From positions 55,728 to 119,727 of the forward strand of contig CAZBZO010000003.1 in the NCBI GenBank assembly GCA_964496425.1: DNA of 64,000 nucleotides. Direction: 5' to 3'. Every line of letters begins with the position of its first letter. The first letter of the stretch is position 1. Below the pieces are notes generated by a model. It saw nothing but the letters and a program-made list of their open reading frames with translations. It was not told where the DNA came from and did not search any database. This document shows positions 17,611 through 27,606 of this stretch, piece after piece. The translations under genes were made by a program, and so were the position numbers. This DNA comes from an uncultured Candidatus Saccharibacteria bacterium (GTDB taxonomy: Bacteria; Patescibacteriota; Minisyncoccia; Phycocordibacterales; UBA9973).

Positions 17611-18195
17611 TCAGAGTAGAGCGTTTGGGAAATCTGATTGAAACTGAGATGCTGTGGTAAATAAGAGTGCACGCATACCAAGTCCAGCTGCAGCAGCAAT
17701 ATTTGCCGGGTTGTCATCCGTAAAAAGAATTTCATTTGCCATAAAGCCAGTTTTCTCAATAAAATATTTAAAAAAGTTTGGATCAGGCTTGATCATGTGG
17801 ACATCTCCTGAGATAGCAGTAGTATCAAAGAGAGCGAGTTTCTCTTTTAAAACATTTTCAATTAAACTTCGAGGGGCATTCGTGAGCAGGCCAATCTGGT
17901 ATTTCTTTTTTAATTCTAAAATAAACGTTAACAATTCTTCGTTTAAAATAGCATACTCATACGAACGCTGCTTGAGTTCACTAGAATCTTGATTAACTTC
18001 TGCCGCGAGTCTGCCGACAAATGCATCCTCCGAAACATCTCCAATATCGAGATCATGCACAACAATTTTCATCCATTCATTATATTTATTTTCGTCTCCG
18101 GAAAATACATCGCGCAAAAAGCCACCATACATTGGTGGACACAACACCCCAAAGAAATCGAATGCAATCATTTTAACCATAGTGCTATGGATCAA
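17611..18195 (-). CDS. HAD-superfamily hydrolase, 5'-nucleotidase-like
   Basis: The N-terminal MIAFDFFGVL is HAD motif I-like. GLLTNAP and a C-terminal DD... motif are present. It resembles the small HAD nucleotidase/phosphatase family. Confidence 0.5.
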   Translation of the reverse strand: MIHSTMVKMIAFDFFGVLCPPMYGGFLRDVFSGDENKYNEWMKIVVHDLDIGDVSEDAFVGRLAAEVNQDSSELKQRSYEYAILNEELLTFILELKKKYQIGLLTNAPRSLIENVLKEKLALFDTTAISGDVHMIKPDPNFFKYFIEKTGFMANEILFTDDNPANIAAAAGLGMRALLFTTASQFQSDFPNALL

Positions 18196-18514
18196 GCGGG
18201 GTACGCATGCGGATAAATATGTCTTTACCGTCCGGTGATTTCTCCTTTTTGTATTTTCTATTTTTATTTATTTCAATCTTGCGCACCAATTCTTTCTCGA
18301 GGTCGTAGCCAAGTGTTTCGCACATACCAAGAAGAAAAATAGCAACGTCGGCGAATTCTTCCGCTACTCCAGGCTGGTTTTTACTGTATTTAGAAAATGC
18401 CTCGGAAAGCTCTTCGTGTGCGCGACAGAATTCAAAGGCAATATCACTGGTATTAAAGCCCTTTTCGAGCTTATTACGCATGACTTCCGCCTGTAAAACT
18501 TTAAGATCAATCAT
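18185..18514 (-). CDS. MazG-like all-alpha nucleoside triphosphate pyrophosphohydrolase
   Basis: 109 aa. AHEELSEAFSKY...GVAEEFADVAIFLLGM carries the EExxE...E..D metal-binding pattern of small MazG/dCTPase-like NTP-PPases. Confidence 0.55.
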   Translation of the reverse strand: MIDLKVLQAEVMRNKLEKGFNTSDIAFEFCRAHEELSEAFSKYSKNQPGVAEEFADVAIFLLGMCETLGYDLEKELVRKIEINKNRKYKKEKSPDGKDIFIRMRTPLDP

Positions 18515-18551
18515 AGGTACAGTATAAAGTATTATGTATAAAGTATAAAGC

Positions 18552-19832
18552 CTAAAAACTCTTCCGATTCTTCAAAACATATTCCTCAGAATACCAACGC
18601 TTGCGAAGCTCGCCAATCAAATAGAAAGAGCCAGTGACCAAAATCAGATCACCCTTGGTAGCATTTTTCATCGCTTTATCCAGGGCCTGACCAGGATCAA
18701 GAAACATCTCAAGTGTCATAGTTTTCTTTTTGTATTTTTTTGAAAGCTGATAGAGTTCTCGTGGATTGGCCGCCTTGTGACCAGACCCGAGCTGAGTCAG
18801 ATAGACATGGTCTGCGAGAGACAAAAGTGGAGCAAGCGTATGAAGCGGATTTTTGCCTTGCTTCATACCGAAGACGAGGTGGAGTTTCTTGTATTTTAAT
18901 TTTTTTACATTCTCAACGGTTGTTAAAATCTTGGCTCTATTGTGGGCACCATCGAGCACAACAAGTGGAGACTTTTGCATCGTCTCAAATCGCCCCGGCA
19001 ACCGACACTTCTCTATCGCCTCCTTTACTTTTATTTCCGGTAAACCAATGTAGGCACAGATAGCTTCTACAAGCATTCGGTTGGCTTTCTTATACTCCTG
19101 AGTGACAGGGAGCGGCATATACTTGGCCCCGACTTTTTTCGCCAAGGTCACCAAATAGCTCCGGATCGCAGGACGAGTTTCGGTTGTAAAAAATGCACTT
19201 CCCCTTTTTAGAATACCAGCTTTGTTCCAAGCAATATTTTTGAGCGTGGGCCCGAGAAGTTCAATGTGGTCATAATCGATATTGGTGATCGCTGTCACTT
19301 GAGGCTTTGCGATAATATTTGTCGAGTCATACCTGCCACCACAGCCGACTTCAAGTACAACATGCTCGCATTTCATATCGCGAAAGTAGAGGAGCGCAAT
19401 CGCAGTCTTAAGCTCGGTATATGACGGGCCGCCATACGGCGCGTCACGATAGGCTTTATCAACCAACGGTTTGCATTGCTCCATATAGGCTGCAAAAGCC
19501 CCCGGTGCAATATAGGTATCATTTACTTTTATATTTTCAATCGCGGAGGAAACATAGGGCGACGTATAGAGGCCAACTTTTTTGCCGCTTCTCCATAAGG
19601 CTTCCGCTACTGTAGCTGAAATCGTACCTTTGCCTGACGTACCGGTAATATGAATATATTTCATTCCCCGCTCCGGATGACCGAGAAGATCTAGAAAATA
19701 TTCCATCCGCTTGAGATAGAACGTCGTGTGTTGGCGATCACGCATATAATCGCGGTTGGCGACATTTGCCAGACTCGTGAGATACTCGTGAGCCTTGTGA
19801 TATGCTGTGAAATTTTTATCCTTTACGTTCAT
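18552..19832 (-). CDS. folC: Folylpolyglutamate synthase / dihydrofolate synthase (Mur ligase family)
   Basis: IHITGTSGKGTISATVAEAL is the Mur-ligase P-loop, and the FolC-type central and C-terminal domains are present. Confidence 0.8.
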   Translation of the reverse strand: MNVKDKNFTAYHKAHEYLTSLANVANRDYMRDRQHTTFYLKRMEYFLDLLGHPERGMKYIHITGTSGKGTISATVAEALWRSGKKVGLYTSPYVSSAIENIKVNDTYIAPGAFAAYMEQCKPLVDKAYRDAPYGGPSYTELKTAIALLYFRDMKCEHVVLEVGCGGRYDSTNIIAKPQVTAITNIDYDHIELLGPTLKNIAWNKAGILKRGSAFFTTETRPAIRSYLVTLAKKVGAKYMPLPVTQEYKKANRMLVEAICAYIGLPEIKVKEAIEKCRLPGRFETMQKSPLVVLDGAHNRAKILTTVENVKKLKYKKLHLVFGMKQGKNPLHTLAPLLSLADHVYLTQLGSGHKAANPRELYQLSKKYKKKTMTLEMFLDPGQALDKAMKNATKGDLILVTGSFYLIGELRKRWYSEEYVLKNRKSF

Positions 19833-19864
19833 CGAAAGATTTTAGAATATAACAGATCAGTGCA

Positions 19865-20536
19865 CTAAACTTTTGTACCCTGCACATTAAAATTTGTTTC
19901 ACTTGTTGTGTGCGCTCCGCGAAGCAATCGAATACCAAGATATGAGAATGGTGTATAGAGTGCACCCATAGCTACTTTATAGAGCCACCAGGGAATGATC
20001 ATGAGGATAAGCGTTTTGATATCATATACTCCCACAAACGCAATCGCCATCCAGAGCACGGTATCAAGAAGTTCAGACCAGAGATTGGAAAGGTTTGAGC
20101 GAAGCCAAAATTTCTTGCTGCCAAACTTTCTCTTCAAAAAAAAGAACGCCGTAACATCTTGATATTCCGCGACCGCAAATGCGACAACAGATGCGATCGA
20201 CATTCGGATCGAAATACCAAAAAGCGTATTGTATGAATCATGCGCCCAGAGGCTCGCGTCCGACCATGGCATCACGATCGAAAGAATATTCCAGAGTGTA
20301 AATAAAACAGTTGTAATAATCCCCGCGAGGACAAAGGACCTGGCCATTGGTTTCCCATATACCTCGCCAACCACGTCGGTGATGATGTAAACAAAGGGAA
20401 AATAGAAGATCGACACCGACAGATGAGTGCCAAAAAGAAACGGCATGGTTTTAACGCCAAGGGTATTGGCTGCCAAAAGCGCCGTGAGGTAGAGCGCGAG
20501 CGCTATAATGATTTTCCGATCAATGATTTTTTCCAC
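19865..20536 (-). CDS. YhhQ/DUF165-family queuosine-precursor/vitamin uptake transporter-like membrane protein
   Basis: SIFYFPFVYIITDVVGEVYGKPMARS and NLWSELLDTVLWM parallel E. coli YhhQ (FSFPFIFLATDLTVRIFGAPLARR and LFGNVSDTLAFF). It has 6 TM helices. Confidence 0.6.
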   Translation of the reverse strand: MEKIIDRKIIIALALYLTALLAANTLGVKTMPFLFGTHLSVSIFYFPFVYIITDVVGEVYGKPMARSFVLAGIITTVLFTLWNILSIVMPWSDASLWAHDSYNTLFGISIRMSIASVVAFAVAEYQDVTAFFFLKRKFGSKKFWLRSNLSNLWSELLDTVLWMAIAFVGVYDIKTLILMIIPWWLYKVAMGALYTPFSYLGIRLLRGAHTTSETNFNVQGTKV

Positions 20537-20576
20537 TGTAAAAAACTAAAAATACCCGCAAGGGTATTTTTAGTGG

Positions 20577-21002
20577 TTAGTCTTTGATGTCGATACCGGC
20601 TGAGCGAGCAGATCCCGCAACAATCGCCATTGCACCTTCGATGTTTTTTGCATTCAAATCAGGAAGTTTCTTCTCAGCAATCTCTCGCACTTGTGCCTTG
20701 GTGATTTTGCCTACTTTGGAGCTATTGGGTTTACCAGAACCTTTCTCCACGCCTGCGGCTTTGAAAATGAGACCTGCAACAGGAGGTGTCTTGATGACAA
20801 AGTCATAACTGCGGTCTTCGTAGACAGAAAGAAGGACTCCGACAGTGTTGCCGATATCGTCCTTGGTCGCAGCGTTGAATTTGGTGACAAAGTCTCCAAT
20901 ATTCACACCTGCCTGACCCAAGGCGGGACCAAGTGGTGGCGCAGGGGTAGCTTTACCAGCCGGTACGTTTAATTTGATTTTTTTGAGTATTTTTTTAGCC
21001 AT
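20577..21002 (-). CDS. rplK: 50S ribosomal protein L11
   Basis: [43 protein letters not shown] is the canonical L11 N-terminus. Confidence 0.95.
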   Translation of the reverse strand: MAKKILKKIKLNVPAGKATPAPPLGPALGQAGVNIGDFVTKFNAATKDDIGNTVGVLLSVYEDRSYDFVIKTPPVAGLIFKAAGVEKGSGKPNSSKVGKITKAQVREIAEKKLPDLNAKNIEGAMAIVAGSARSAGIDIKD

Positions 21003-21100
21003 ATATACAAGGTATACGATTTAATGATAGAGATAAGAAGCGAGCGTAACGAGAGCACAATACCAGAAATATCTTTTAAAAACAAGTGTCGAGAGACAGC

Positions 21101-21649
21101 TTAGATCTTCTTCACTTGGAGGAAGTCGAGCTCTACAGGTGTTTCGCGGCCAAACATAGCCACGAGCACCTTGACCTTGCCACGCTCCTGGTCGACTTCT
21201 GAAACTTTACCTTCAAGTTCTTTAAACGGTCCGTCGGCAATAGTCACCATTTCTCCTGGTGCAAGATCGATCAGATGCTTTGAAGTGGTGCCTGCTTCCA
21301 TTTTAGAGAAGAGGGCATCTACTTCAGACTTTTCAAGTGGCACCGGATTGACGCCGGCGCCGACGAAACCAGTAACCCGTGGAGTGTTGCGCACAACATA
21401 CCAAGAATCATCAGTCACCATCATGTCGACCAAGACATAGCCAGGATACACTTTTTCTTCGACTTCGACGCGCTTACCACCTTTGATTTTGACTTTCTTC
21501 TCAGTTGGCACGATGACGTTAAAAATTTTGTCGTTCATGCCGAGACTATCGATACGCTGCTTCAAATTACGCAGCACAGCATTTTCATAGCCGGCATACG
21601 TATGAATGGCGTACCAATTTCGCTCAGGACGTAGTTCTTGTTTTGACAT
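21101..21649 (-). CDS. nusG: Transcription termination/antitermination factor NusG
   Basis: [14 protein letters not shown] is the NGN domain, and the C-terminal KOW is [22 protein letters not shown]. Confidence 0.9.
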   Translation of the reverse strand: MSKQELRPERNWYAIHTYAGYENAVLRNLKQRIDSLGMNDKIFNVIVPTEKKVKIKGGKRVEVEEKVYPGYVLVDMMVTDDSWYVVRNTPRVTGFVGAGVNPVPLEKSEVDALFSKMEAGTTSKHLIDLAPGEMVTIADGPFKELEGKVSEVDQERGKVKVLVAMFGRETPVELDFLQVKKI

Positions 21650-21685
21650 AAGGATAATGAAAATTTAGTAATAAAGAAAAGCGAA

Positions 21686-21868
21686 TTAAAAACGTATCAA
21701 TTCAGCAACGCCTTTTGAAAAAATATAATCAAACACACCAAGCAAGTACGCTACGCCGACTGAAATCACAATAACAAAAGCCGTATAAATAATAGTCTGC
21801 TGTCGTGTTGGCCAGTTGACGTGCTTAAGCTCTGTGTGTGTATCTTTTAAGTATGTAATGATGCTCAT
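21686..21868 (-). CDS. secE: Preprotein translocase subunit SecE
   Basis: 60 aa with a single C-terminal TM. ELKHVNWPTRQQTIIYTAFVIVISV is SecE-like. It sits in the conserved position upstream of nusG. Confidence 0.7.
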   Translation of the reverse strand: MSIITYLKDTHTELKHVNWPTRQQTIIYTAFVIVISVGVAYLLGVFDYIFSKGVAELIRF

Positions 21869-22024
21869 AGTGTTGTAGTGTAATTATTAGTAAATAGGTA
21901 GTAAATAAAAGGGTTTTTCCTCTTACTGTTCTTCAATTTTCCCAATTTAAAAAGCCCGCGGGGGCTTTATATTTCTATACTACTTTATTTAAAATAAAAG
22001 TCAAACACACTATCTATGCTCAAT

Positions 22025-22060
22025 CAAAAAACCGCTCCTCTGCTATGAGGGCGGTTTTTT
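22025..22060. terminator. Intrinsic terminator downstream of the SIMPL gene, with a second hairpin at 21946-21972
   Basis: AAAAAACCGCTCCTCTGCTATGAGGGCGGTTTTTT, plus AAAGCCCGCGGGGGCTTT flanked by A and T runs, lie between the 22081 stop and the secE promoter region. Confidence 0.6.
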
Positions 22061-22080
22061 GAAGATTGCAGTAATCTATT

Positions 22081-22902
22081 TTAGCGAATCTCGTAGGTAA
22101 TCGAAACAGTGGAAACAAATTTATTTTCACCGGTTGGTATGCTTGGAGCTGACTCAACTTTGTTGGCAGAGCCCATAGCCATATCTGCAGCATAATACAT
22201 TGGAGGTGTGTAGCCTCCGTCGGATTCTGAGAAGTTCACAATACGGACCAAATTGACGCCGAGCTCATCGGCAAGTTCATCGGCTTTCGCTTTGGCATCT
22301 GAAATAGCATCTGCGCGAGCTTGTGCGAGTACCGCATCTTTATCGTCAATTGCAAACTCTGGACCAGAAATATTTGTTACGCCTTTTGTACCAAGCAAAG
22401 TAAGGACGTCCCCGGTCTTTGCTGTGTCACGAACCTTTACTGCGATTGTCTGTGATACTTCATAGCCTATGATTTTTGGAGTTTGTGTAGGACATGGATA
22501 AAACGTGCATGGCTTGCCGTAATCATATTTGGGATTGGCGCTATAGTTTGCAGTTTTAATATCTTTTTCTTCAATGCCACTTTCTTTCAGCGCGTCGATT
22601 GCTGCGTTTACTTTGTCAGTGGCGCTTTTTTGTGCAATTGCCGTCGTCGCGCCTTCTGTGTTTACCGTAAAGGTAATCGTGGCGATATCAGGAATTGCAA
22701 ATGCTTCACCAGTGCCTGACACCGTAATAGTATTTGAAGACGGCACCCCGCCGCCAATATACTTCAAGCCTTTCGCTTCACCAATAAATTTAACGAACAT
22801 AAACAAGGATGCGATAACCAAGAACACAAACAAGACACCGAGCACTTTTTTAGCTTCACGCGGCGGCACAGGAAACACATGCACATTTTTATTTTCTTCC
22901 AT
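22081..22902 (-). CDS. SIMPL-domain (DUF541) membrane-anchored protein
   Basis: An N-terminal TM is followed by ITVSGTGEAFAIPDIATITFTV...AIDALKESGIEEKDIKTANYSANPKY, which is characteristic of the SIMPL/26-kDa periplasmic immunogenic protein family. Confidence 0.6.
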   Translation of the reverse strand: MEENKNVHVFPVPPREAKKVLGVLFVFLVIASLFMFVKFIGEAKGLKYIGGGVPSSNTITVSGTGEAFAIPDIATITFTVNTEGATTAIAQKSATDKVNAAIDALKESGIEEKDIKTANYSANPKYDYGKPCTFYPCPTQTPKIIGYEVSQTIAVKVRDTAKTGDVLTLLGTKGVTNISGPEFAIDDKDAVLAQARADAISDAKAKADELADELGVNLVRIVNFSESDGGYTPPMYYAADMAMGSANKVESAPSIPTGENKFVSTVSITYEIR

Positions 22903-22974
22903 ACGATAATATAAAATTATATAAATTAATAATATTCTACCTCTTTTGACGGTTCGTAAGACAAAATCTTACGC

Positions 22975-23514
22975 CTATTGTTTTGGTGCTGATGTATACA
23001 CTATCTTAATATCATCGATCATACCAAGATTGCCGGCATCATATGTTCCTTTTCCAGTGATTGAGTATGCGTCGTATTCGGTATTCTCTACACCGTTGAC
23101 ATACATGGTAATCGTACCTCCCGAAGCACTCGTATTGCCTAAAATAGAATCCTGAGAAAAATCTTTACCCCAGACTTTAAAAAAGTTGCCAATATCAAGC
23201 ATGTCGTAGGTCACCATGCCCGCGAACTCCGCGTGAACAACACCATCAGGCTCATGGGTGTGAAGCTCCATTGGATCTCCACCTGCTCCCATTGGGCCGT
23301 TTACACCAATATTGGCTGGCACGGGCACATCTACTCCGTTTACTTCAATAGCAAGATGAGCATGCCAATGCAGGCCATTTTTGGAGGCAACATCTGGAGT
23401 GGCAATTTTGGGTGCGGTTGCGATTTTATAAATCCCAAGACCTGCAAGAACAATAACGACGACGATAACAAGCGCTGTAGTGATTTTAGCAGACATACAA
23501 GAAGTATAACGCAA
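22975..23514 (-). CDS. Membrane-anchored secreted protein with His-rich motifs, hypothetical
   Basis: N-terminal TM with HWHAH and HTHEPDGVVH clusters, which may bind metal. No family assignment. Confidence 0.4.
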   Translation of the reverse strand: MRYTSCMSAKITTALVIVVVIVLAGLGIYKIATAPKIATPDVASKNGLHWHAHLAIEVNGVDVPVPANIGVNGPMGAGGDPMELHTHEPDGVVHAEFAGMVTYDMLDIGNFFKVWGKDFSQDSILGNTSASGGTITMYVNGVENTEYDAYSITGKGTYDAGNLGMIDDIKIVYTSAPKQ

Positions 23515-23593
23515 AACAAAGAAATAAAAAATATCTTGAATAAATACTATTATTGGAATCCGCTATAAAAATAAGGGAAGAGATTCTATCCGA

Positions 23594-24271
23594 CTAGCGA
23601 TTCACCACATCAGAAATCAGCTTTCCGTCAGAAAGCGTGAAGACTCGATGCCCGAGAGCGGCATATTCTGGCTCATGAGACACCATGACGATCGTCTGCC
23701 CGTCGCGGTTGAGGTCGAGAAATACTTGAATGACTTGATCGGAAGTTTCAGAATCGAGGTTGGCAGTCGGCTCATCGGCAAAAATGATTTTCGGGTCATG
23801 GGCGATGGCGCGCGCAATCGCTACACGCTGCTGCTGACCACCCGAGAGCTGGGATGGCAGATTGTTCATGCGGTCAGCAAGCCCGACTTTTTCCAGCGCT
23901 CGCATGGATTTTTTGCGAGCCTCGGCCAGACTGTACCCCTGCATTAAAAGCGGCACTTGAGTGTTCTCAAGCGCAGTGAGCGACGGCAAGATAGCATAAT
24001 CTTGAAAAATATACCCGAGCTCATTGAGACGAATCATCGTACGCTCATTTTCTGGAAGACCAACTACCTCTTTGCCATCAATAAAAATCTCTCCGGAAGT
24101 TGGGATATCAAGAAGGCCGAGCTGGTAGAGAAGTGTGGATTTTCCGGAACCAGACTTACCGGTAATCGTAAGAAATTGCCCTTCAGGTACAGAGAACGAA
24201 AGATCATTAATAGCAATAATTTCCTGATCGCCGCTTTGAAATATTTTTTTTATTTTTTCAACTTTAATCAT
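23594..24271 (-). CDS. ABC transporter ATP-binding protein (MacB/LolD-like)
   Basis: Walker A GKSGSGKST, signature LSGGQQQRVAIARA and Walker B IIFADEPT. Confidence 0.9.
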   Translation of the reverse strand: MIKVEKIKKIFQSGDQEIIAINDLSFSVPEGQFLTITGKSGSGKSTLLYQLGLLDIPTSGEIFIDGKEVVGLPENERTMIRLNELGYIFQDYAILPSLTALENTQVPLLMQGYSLAEARKKSMRALEKVGLADRMNNLPSQLSGGQQQRVAIARAIAHDPKIIFADEPTANLDSETSDQVIQVFLDLNRDGQTIVMVSHEPEYAALGHRVFTLSDGKLISDVVNR

Positions 24272-24276
24272 ATGTT

Positions 24277-25554
24277 TTATCGTCCCAAAATTGCCGATAG
24301 TGTATTTTGCTTCACGACCAATCGCGCAGGAATAAAGCCGGCCAAAATCGTAGCTACGAGCAAGATCCCCGCCCGAGTCAATGTGCCAGGAAGTGTCGCC
24401 ACCAAAATACCGTCTGAGAATGGGAAATTAATCGGGTGAGCGGCAAAGTAGGGTTTGATCAGGAAAAATATCAGCACCATGCCGATCAACACTCCAAGCA
24501 ATGCATAAATAAGCGCTTGGATCATATACGAGAAAAGAATGGCGCGCTTATGAATACCTATTCCCTTTAAGATTCCGATATATCGGCGGCGAGTAATTGC
24601 GTTTACGAATATCACGATAAAAATAGTAATCGACGCTACCACAAGACCAATCGCGGAAATGGCACTCCCCAAAATCCCAAACGTCGCTTTAATGTCTTTC
24701 AGAAATTTTGGAAAGGCTTCTTCCGCTGTCTGGACTCGGGCAAATTCCCCTACTCCGTTATCAAGCAGAAACTTTTGTGCAAAGAGAAGATCAGTACCGG
24801 GCATAAGCTGGATCGCAATTGTATTGGCATTCAAATCACCCCGGCCGAGAAGCTTCCTTACTTCGCTATCAATCGCAATGATTGAGGTATCAAATTCGTC
24901 CACCTTACTCGAGACAAAACCTTTCACATAGTATTCTTTGATAGTGTCGCCGACCGTGATTTTTACTCGCGAACCAATTTCCACATTTTTTAGCGTTTGA
25001 AATCCTGGTGCTTCAATTGGAGTAAATTCGTAGAGCAAGTTTTTACCGATGAGCACGCTGTCTGAATCTTGCGGCGTGAGATACGAGCCGCGAGTCACAA
25101 ACTTTGATATGCCAGAAAATTCTTCTTCCTGCACTGGATCAATACCAAGGAGCACTCCTCCGGCTCCGTCGCGAAGCTCGCCCGGCTTTACCGTTTTGCG
25201 ATAATCTGATTCGATACGGGCAGTGCCGCTATAGCGCACCGTATGATCTTTATAGCCAGGAATCGTTTTAACAATATTAACCACCTGTGGCGTCTGGTCG
25301 ATCGAGATTTTATTTAAATATGGCGAAATAACAATGTCTCCGATCGCGTATTTCTTTTGCGCATCTTCCGAACCTTGAATCAGTCCGACTAAAATTCCTG
25401 AAACGACAACAAGATTTAAAAAGGTCAGAACCATGACCGCGACAATAAGAAGCGTCGTCCAAATATTGGCCCGCTTTATATCGCGCTTGGCCAAAAACCA
25501 GCCGACGCGCGCCTGGGTCACGAGAGTATGTTCTTTCGGATGACGATCAGCCAT
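24277..25554 (-). CDS. ABC transporter permease, FtsX/MacB family
   Basis: 425 aa. TM1 is followed by a large periplasmic domain and then 3 C-terminal TM helices, which is the MacB-type FtsX topology. It is operon-coupled to the ATPase. Confidence 0.8.
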   Translation of the reverse strand: MADRHPKEHTLVTQARVGWFLAKRDIKRANIWTTLLIVAVMVLTFLNLVVVSGILVGLIQGSEDAQKKYAIGDIVISPYLNKISIDQTPQVVNIVKTIPGYKDHTVRYSGTARIESDYRKTVKPGELRDGAGGVLLGIDPVQEEEFSGISKFVTRGSYLTPQDSDSVLIGKNLLYEFTPIEAPGFQTLKNVEIGSRVKITVGDTIKEYYVKGFVSSKVDEFDTSIIAIDSEVRKLLGRGDLNANTIAIQLMPGTDLLFAQKFLLDNGVGEFARVQTAEEAFPKFLKDIKATFGILGSAISAIGLVVASITIFIVIFVNAITRRRYIGILKGIGIHKRAILFSYMIQALIYALLGVLIGMVLIFFLIKPYFAAHPINFPFSDGILVATLPGTLTRAGILLVATILAGFIPARLVVKQNTLSAILGR

Positions 25555-25555
25555 A

Positions 25556-27070
25556 CTATTTATCCTGCATTATTTCTACTTGTTCGCCGCCAGAGAGACC
25601 AGACACAATTTCTACCAAATTCCCGTCCCCGATTGATCCAGTCACGACAGCCACATCAGTAGTCGCATTTTTTTTATCAGGCGAAATGACACGAACAAAC
25701 TCTGTGCCGTCTTTTGTGCCGATAGCTTTCTGTGGCACCACAAGCACATCTTTTTTCTCGAAAATTGTAATTGTCATGTTCGCAGTCATATCAGGGCGAA
25801 TGTCAGGATTTTTCTCGATTGCGGCTTTGATTTTGTAGTTTACGACGCCGTCATCAATAGTGCCTGAAGGTTCAACTTCAGAAATCGTGGCTGGGAAGTG
25901 GCGGTCAGTACCGAACGCATCAAACGTCACGTCAACAACTAGCCCGAGAATAATATTTTGAATGTTGGTTTCGTTTATTTTCGCTTCGATATAGAGATTG
26001 TCGACATCTTGAAGAACCATGACTTCATCGAGCGCTTGAGCAATTTCTCCATATTTGATATCAACCCGAGTAATCGTGCCAGTGGTGGGCGACACAAGGA
26101 TAGTTTTATCATATTTGGCCCGCGCAGTATCAAGTGCTGCTTCGGCAGAGAGTACGTCAGTGGAAAGATTGGAGAGTGAGAAATCAAGATTAGCTTGTTT
26201 TTCTGCAACTGCCGCTTGAGCAGTAGCTATTTCTGTATCTTTGTTCTTTAATGCCTCTTGGTACGCATTGTAATTGGCGACATAAGAATCTGTTTTCGTA
26301 TTTGGAATTGTAACGTACCAGATCGTATCCACATATTCTGATAAATCACCAGAAAAACTAATAAAAAGACCGTGAGTACCGAGCATAGTAGGCTCATTTT
26401 CGAGTACTTCTGCAACCGTTGTTTCAAGGTCAAACGTTCGAATTTCAAAATCATCTTGGCTGCTTGAACCACGTTTGAAAATAATCTTATAGGTTCCTTC
26501 CTGGCCGTTATAAATACCTGTAACGGTCGGCGGTACGACATTGTACGTATCGGATTCAGCCACAGCAGTAAGTCCACTTGAAAGAAGTGTGCGGTAGGCG
26601 CTTGCAACAAGTGAGTCTTGTTTTATCTTCGTATTTGAAAGTGCAACCATAGCACTATTGAGCGCTGCTTCGGAGATACCGATCTCCCCTGTTTTTGCCT
26701 TTGCAAGATCAGCTTCAGCGCTTTTAAGTGAAGCAAGTTCATCTTTATTATCAAGGCTCGCAAGGAGCTGGCCTTGCTTCACCACATCGCCGACTTTTAC
26801 CGTCACAGATCGTACGATCCCGCTCCCGGTAAAAGAGAGCCCGAGATCAGTTCCAGAAGTGACAGTCCCTGTCGCCAGCACTGTTTTCCGGAGATCAATG
26901 CGATTGACCGTCTCAGTTACGGCATTGCTTGCGCTATTGCCAGATGCTGTAAAAAAAATAATGACGATAAGTACGAGCGCGCCGAAAATACTCGACTTTT
27001 TGTGAGTTTTTACAAACATTTTTAACCGAAGGAAAAAAGCATTTAATTTTTCACGAATTGATTGAGCCAT
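25556..27070 (-). CDS. Periplasmic adaptor / membrane-fusion protein (HlyD/MacA-like)
   Basis: An N-terminal TM is followed by coiled-coil segments and a barrel-like C-terminus. It lies directly upstream of the MacB-like pair. Confidence 0.6.
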   Translation of the reverse strand: MAQSIREKLNAFFLRLKMFVKTHKKSSIFGALVLIVIIFFTASGNSASNAVTETVNRIDLRKTVLATGTVTSGTDLGLSFTGSGIVRSVTVKVGDVVKQGQLLASLDNKDELASLKSAEADLAKAKTGEIGISEAALNSAMVALSNTKIKQDSLVASAYRTLLSSGLTAVAESDTYNVVPPTVTGIYNGQEGTYKIIFKRGSSSQDDFEIRTFDLETTVAEVLENEPTMLGTHGLFISFSGDLSEYVDTIWYVTIPNTKTDSYVANYNAYQEALKNKDTEIATAQAAVAEKQANLDFSLSNLSTDVLSAEAALDTARAKYDKTILVSPTTGTITRVDIKYGEIAQALDEVMVLQDVDNLYIEAKINETNIQNIILGLVVDVTFDAFGTDRHFPATISEVEPSGTIDDGVVNYKIKAAIEKNPDIRPDMTANMTITIFEKKDVLVVPQKAIGTKDGTEFVRVISPDKKNATTDVAVVTGSIGDGNLVEIVSGLSGGEQVEIMQDK

Positions 27071-27075
27071 GAGAT

Positions 27076-27579
27076 TTAGTTGATTGCCACCAGCTCGACA
27101 TCAAAAATAAGAGTTGCATTAGCAGGAATCGGTCCGTGAGCAGTCGCGCCATATCCTTTCTCCGGTGGTATTGTCAAAGTTCTCTTTTCGCCAACTTTCA
27201 TGCCGATAAATCCTTCGTCCCAACCCTTTATGACCTGCCCAGCACCGACTGTAAACTGAAATGGGCTCACGTGATTGAACTGTGGGAGCACATTGGAGTC
27301 AAAGACCGTGCCGTCTGTGAGTTTACCAGTGTAATTGACCGTGAGAAGATCTCCAGCTTGAGCGACAGATGCTGCTTGGTTTGTATTTTCGTCAGTAGTT
27401 TGCATGGTAGTAGTGGGAGCTGCTGGAGCATCAGTTTTTTTAAAACCAAAATACACCGCCGCGCCGATAATAACTAAAACAATAATAATAGAAGTGAGAA
27501 GACTCAAGTTTCCTTTATTTTGCTGCATATAATTTTTTATATTGCCTAATAAGTGCCTAGTATACACCATAGAGGGCAT
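27076..27579 (-). CDS. FKBP-type peptidyl-prolyl cis-trans isomerase, membrane-anchored
   Basis: [21 protein letters not shown]...[38 protein letters not shown] is the FKBP domain. Confidence 0.8.
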   Translation of the reverse strand: MPSMVYTRHLLGNIKNYMQQNKGNLSLLTSIIIVLVIIGAAVYFGFKKTDAPAAPTTTMQTTDENTNQAASVAQAGDLLTVNYTGKLTDGTVFDSNVLPQFNHVSPFQFTVGAGQVIKGWDEGFIGMKVGEKRTLTIPPEKGYGATAHGPIPANATLIFDVELVAIN

Positions 27580-27606
27580 ATTAAAAACTCTGGAGAATTG
27601 TTGCTT

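Noticed and set aside
21869-22080. tRNA-Trp expected upstream of secE
   Set aside because: No T-loop (GTTCRANYC) or cloverleaf-compatible sequence was seen on either strand. The region holds only two terminator hairpins.
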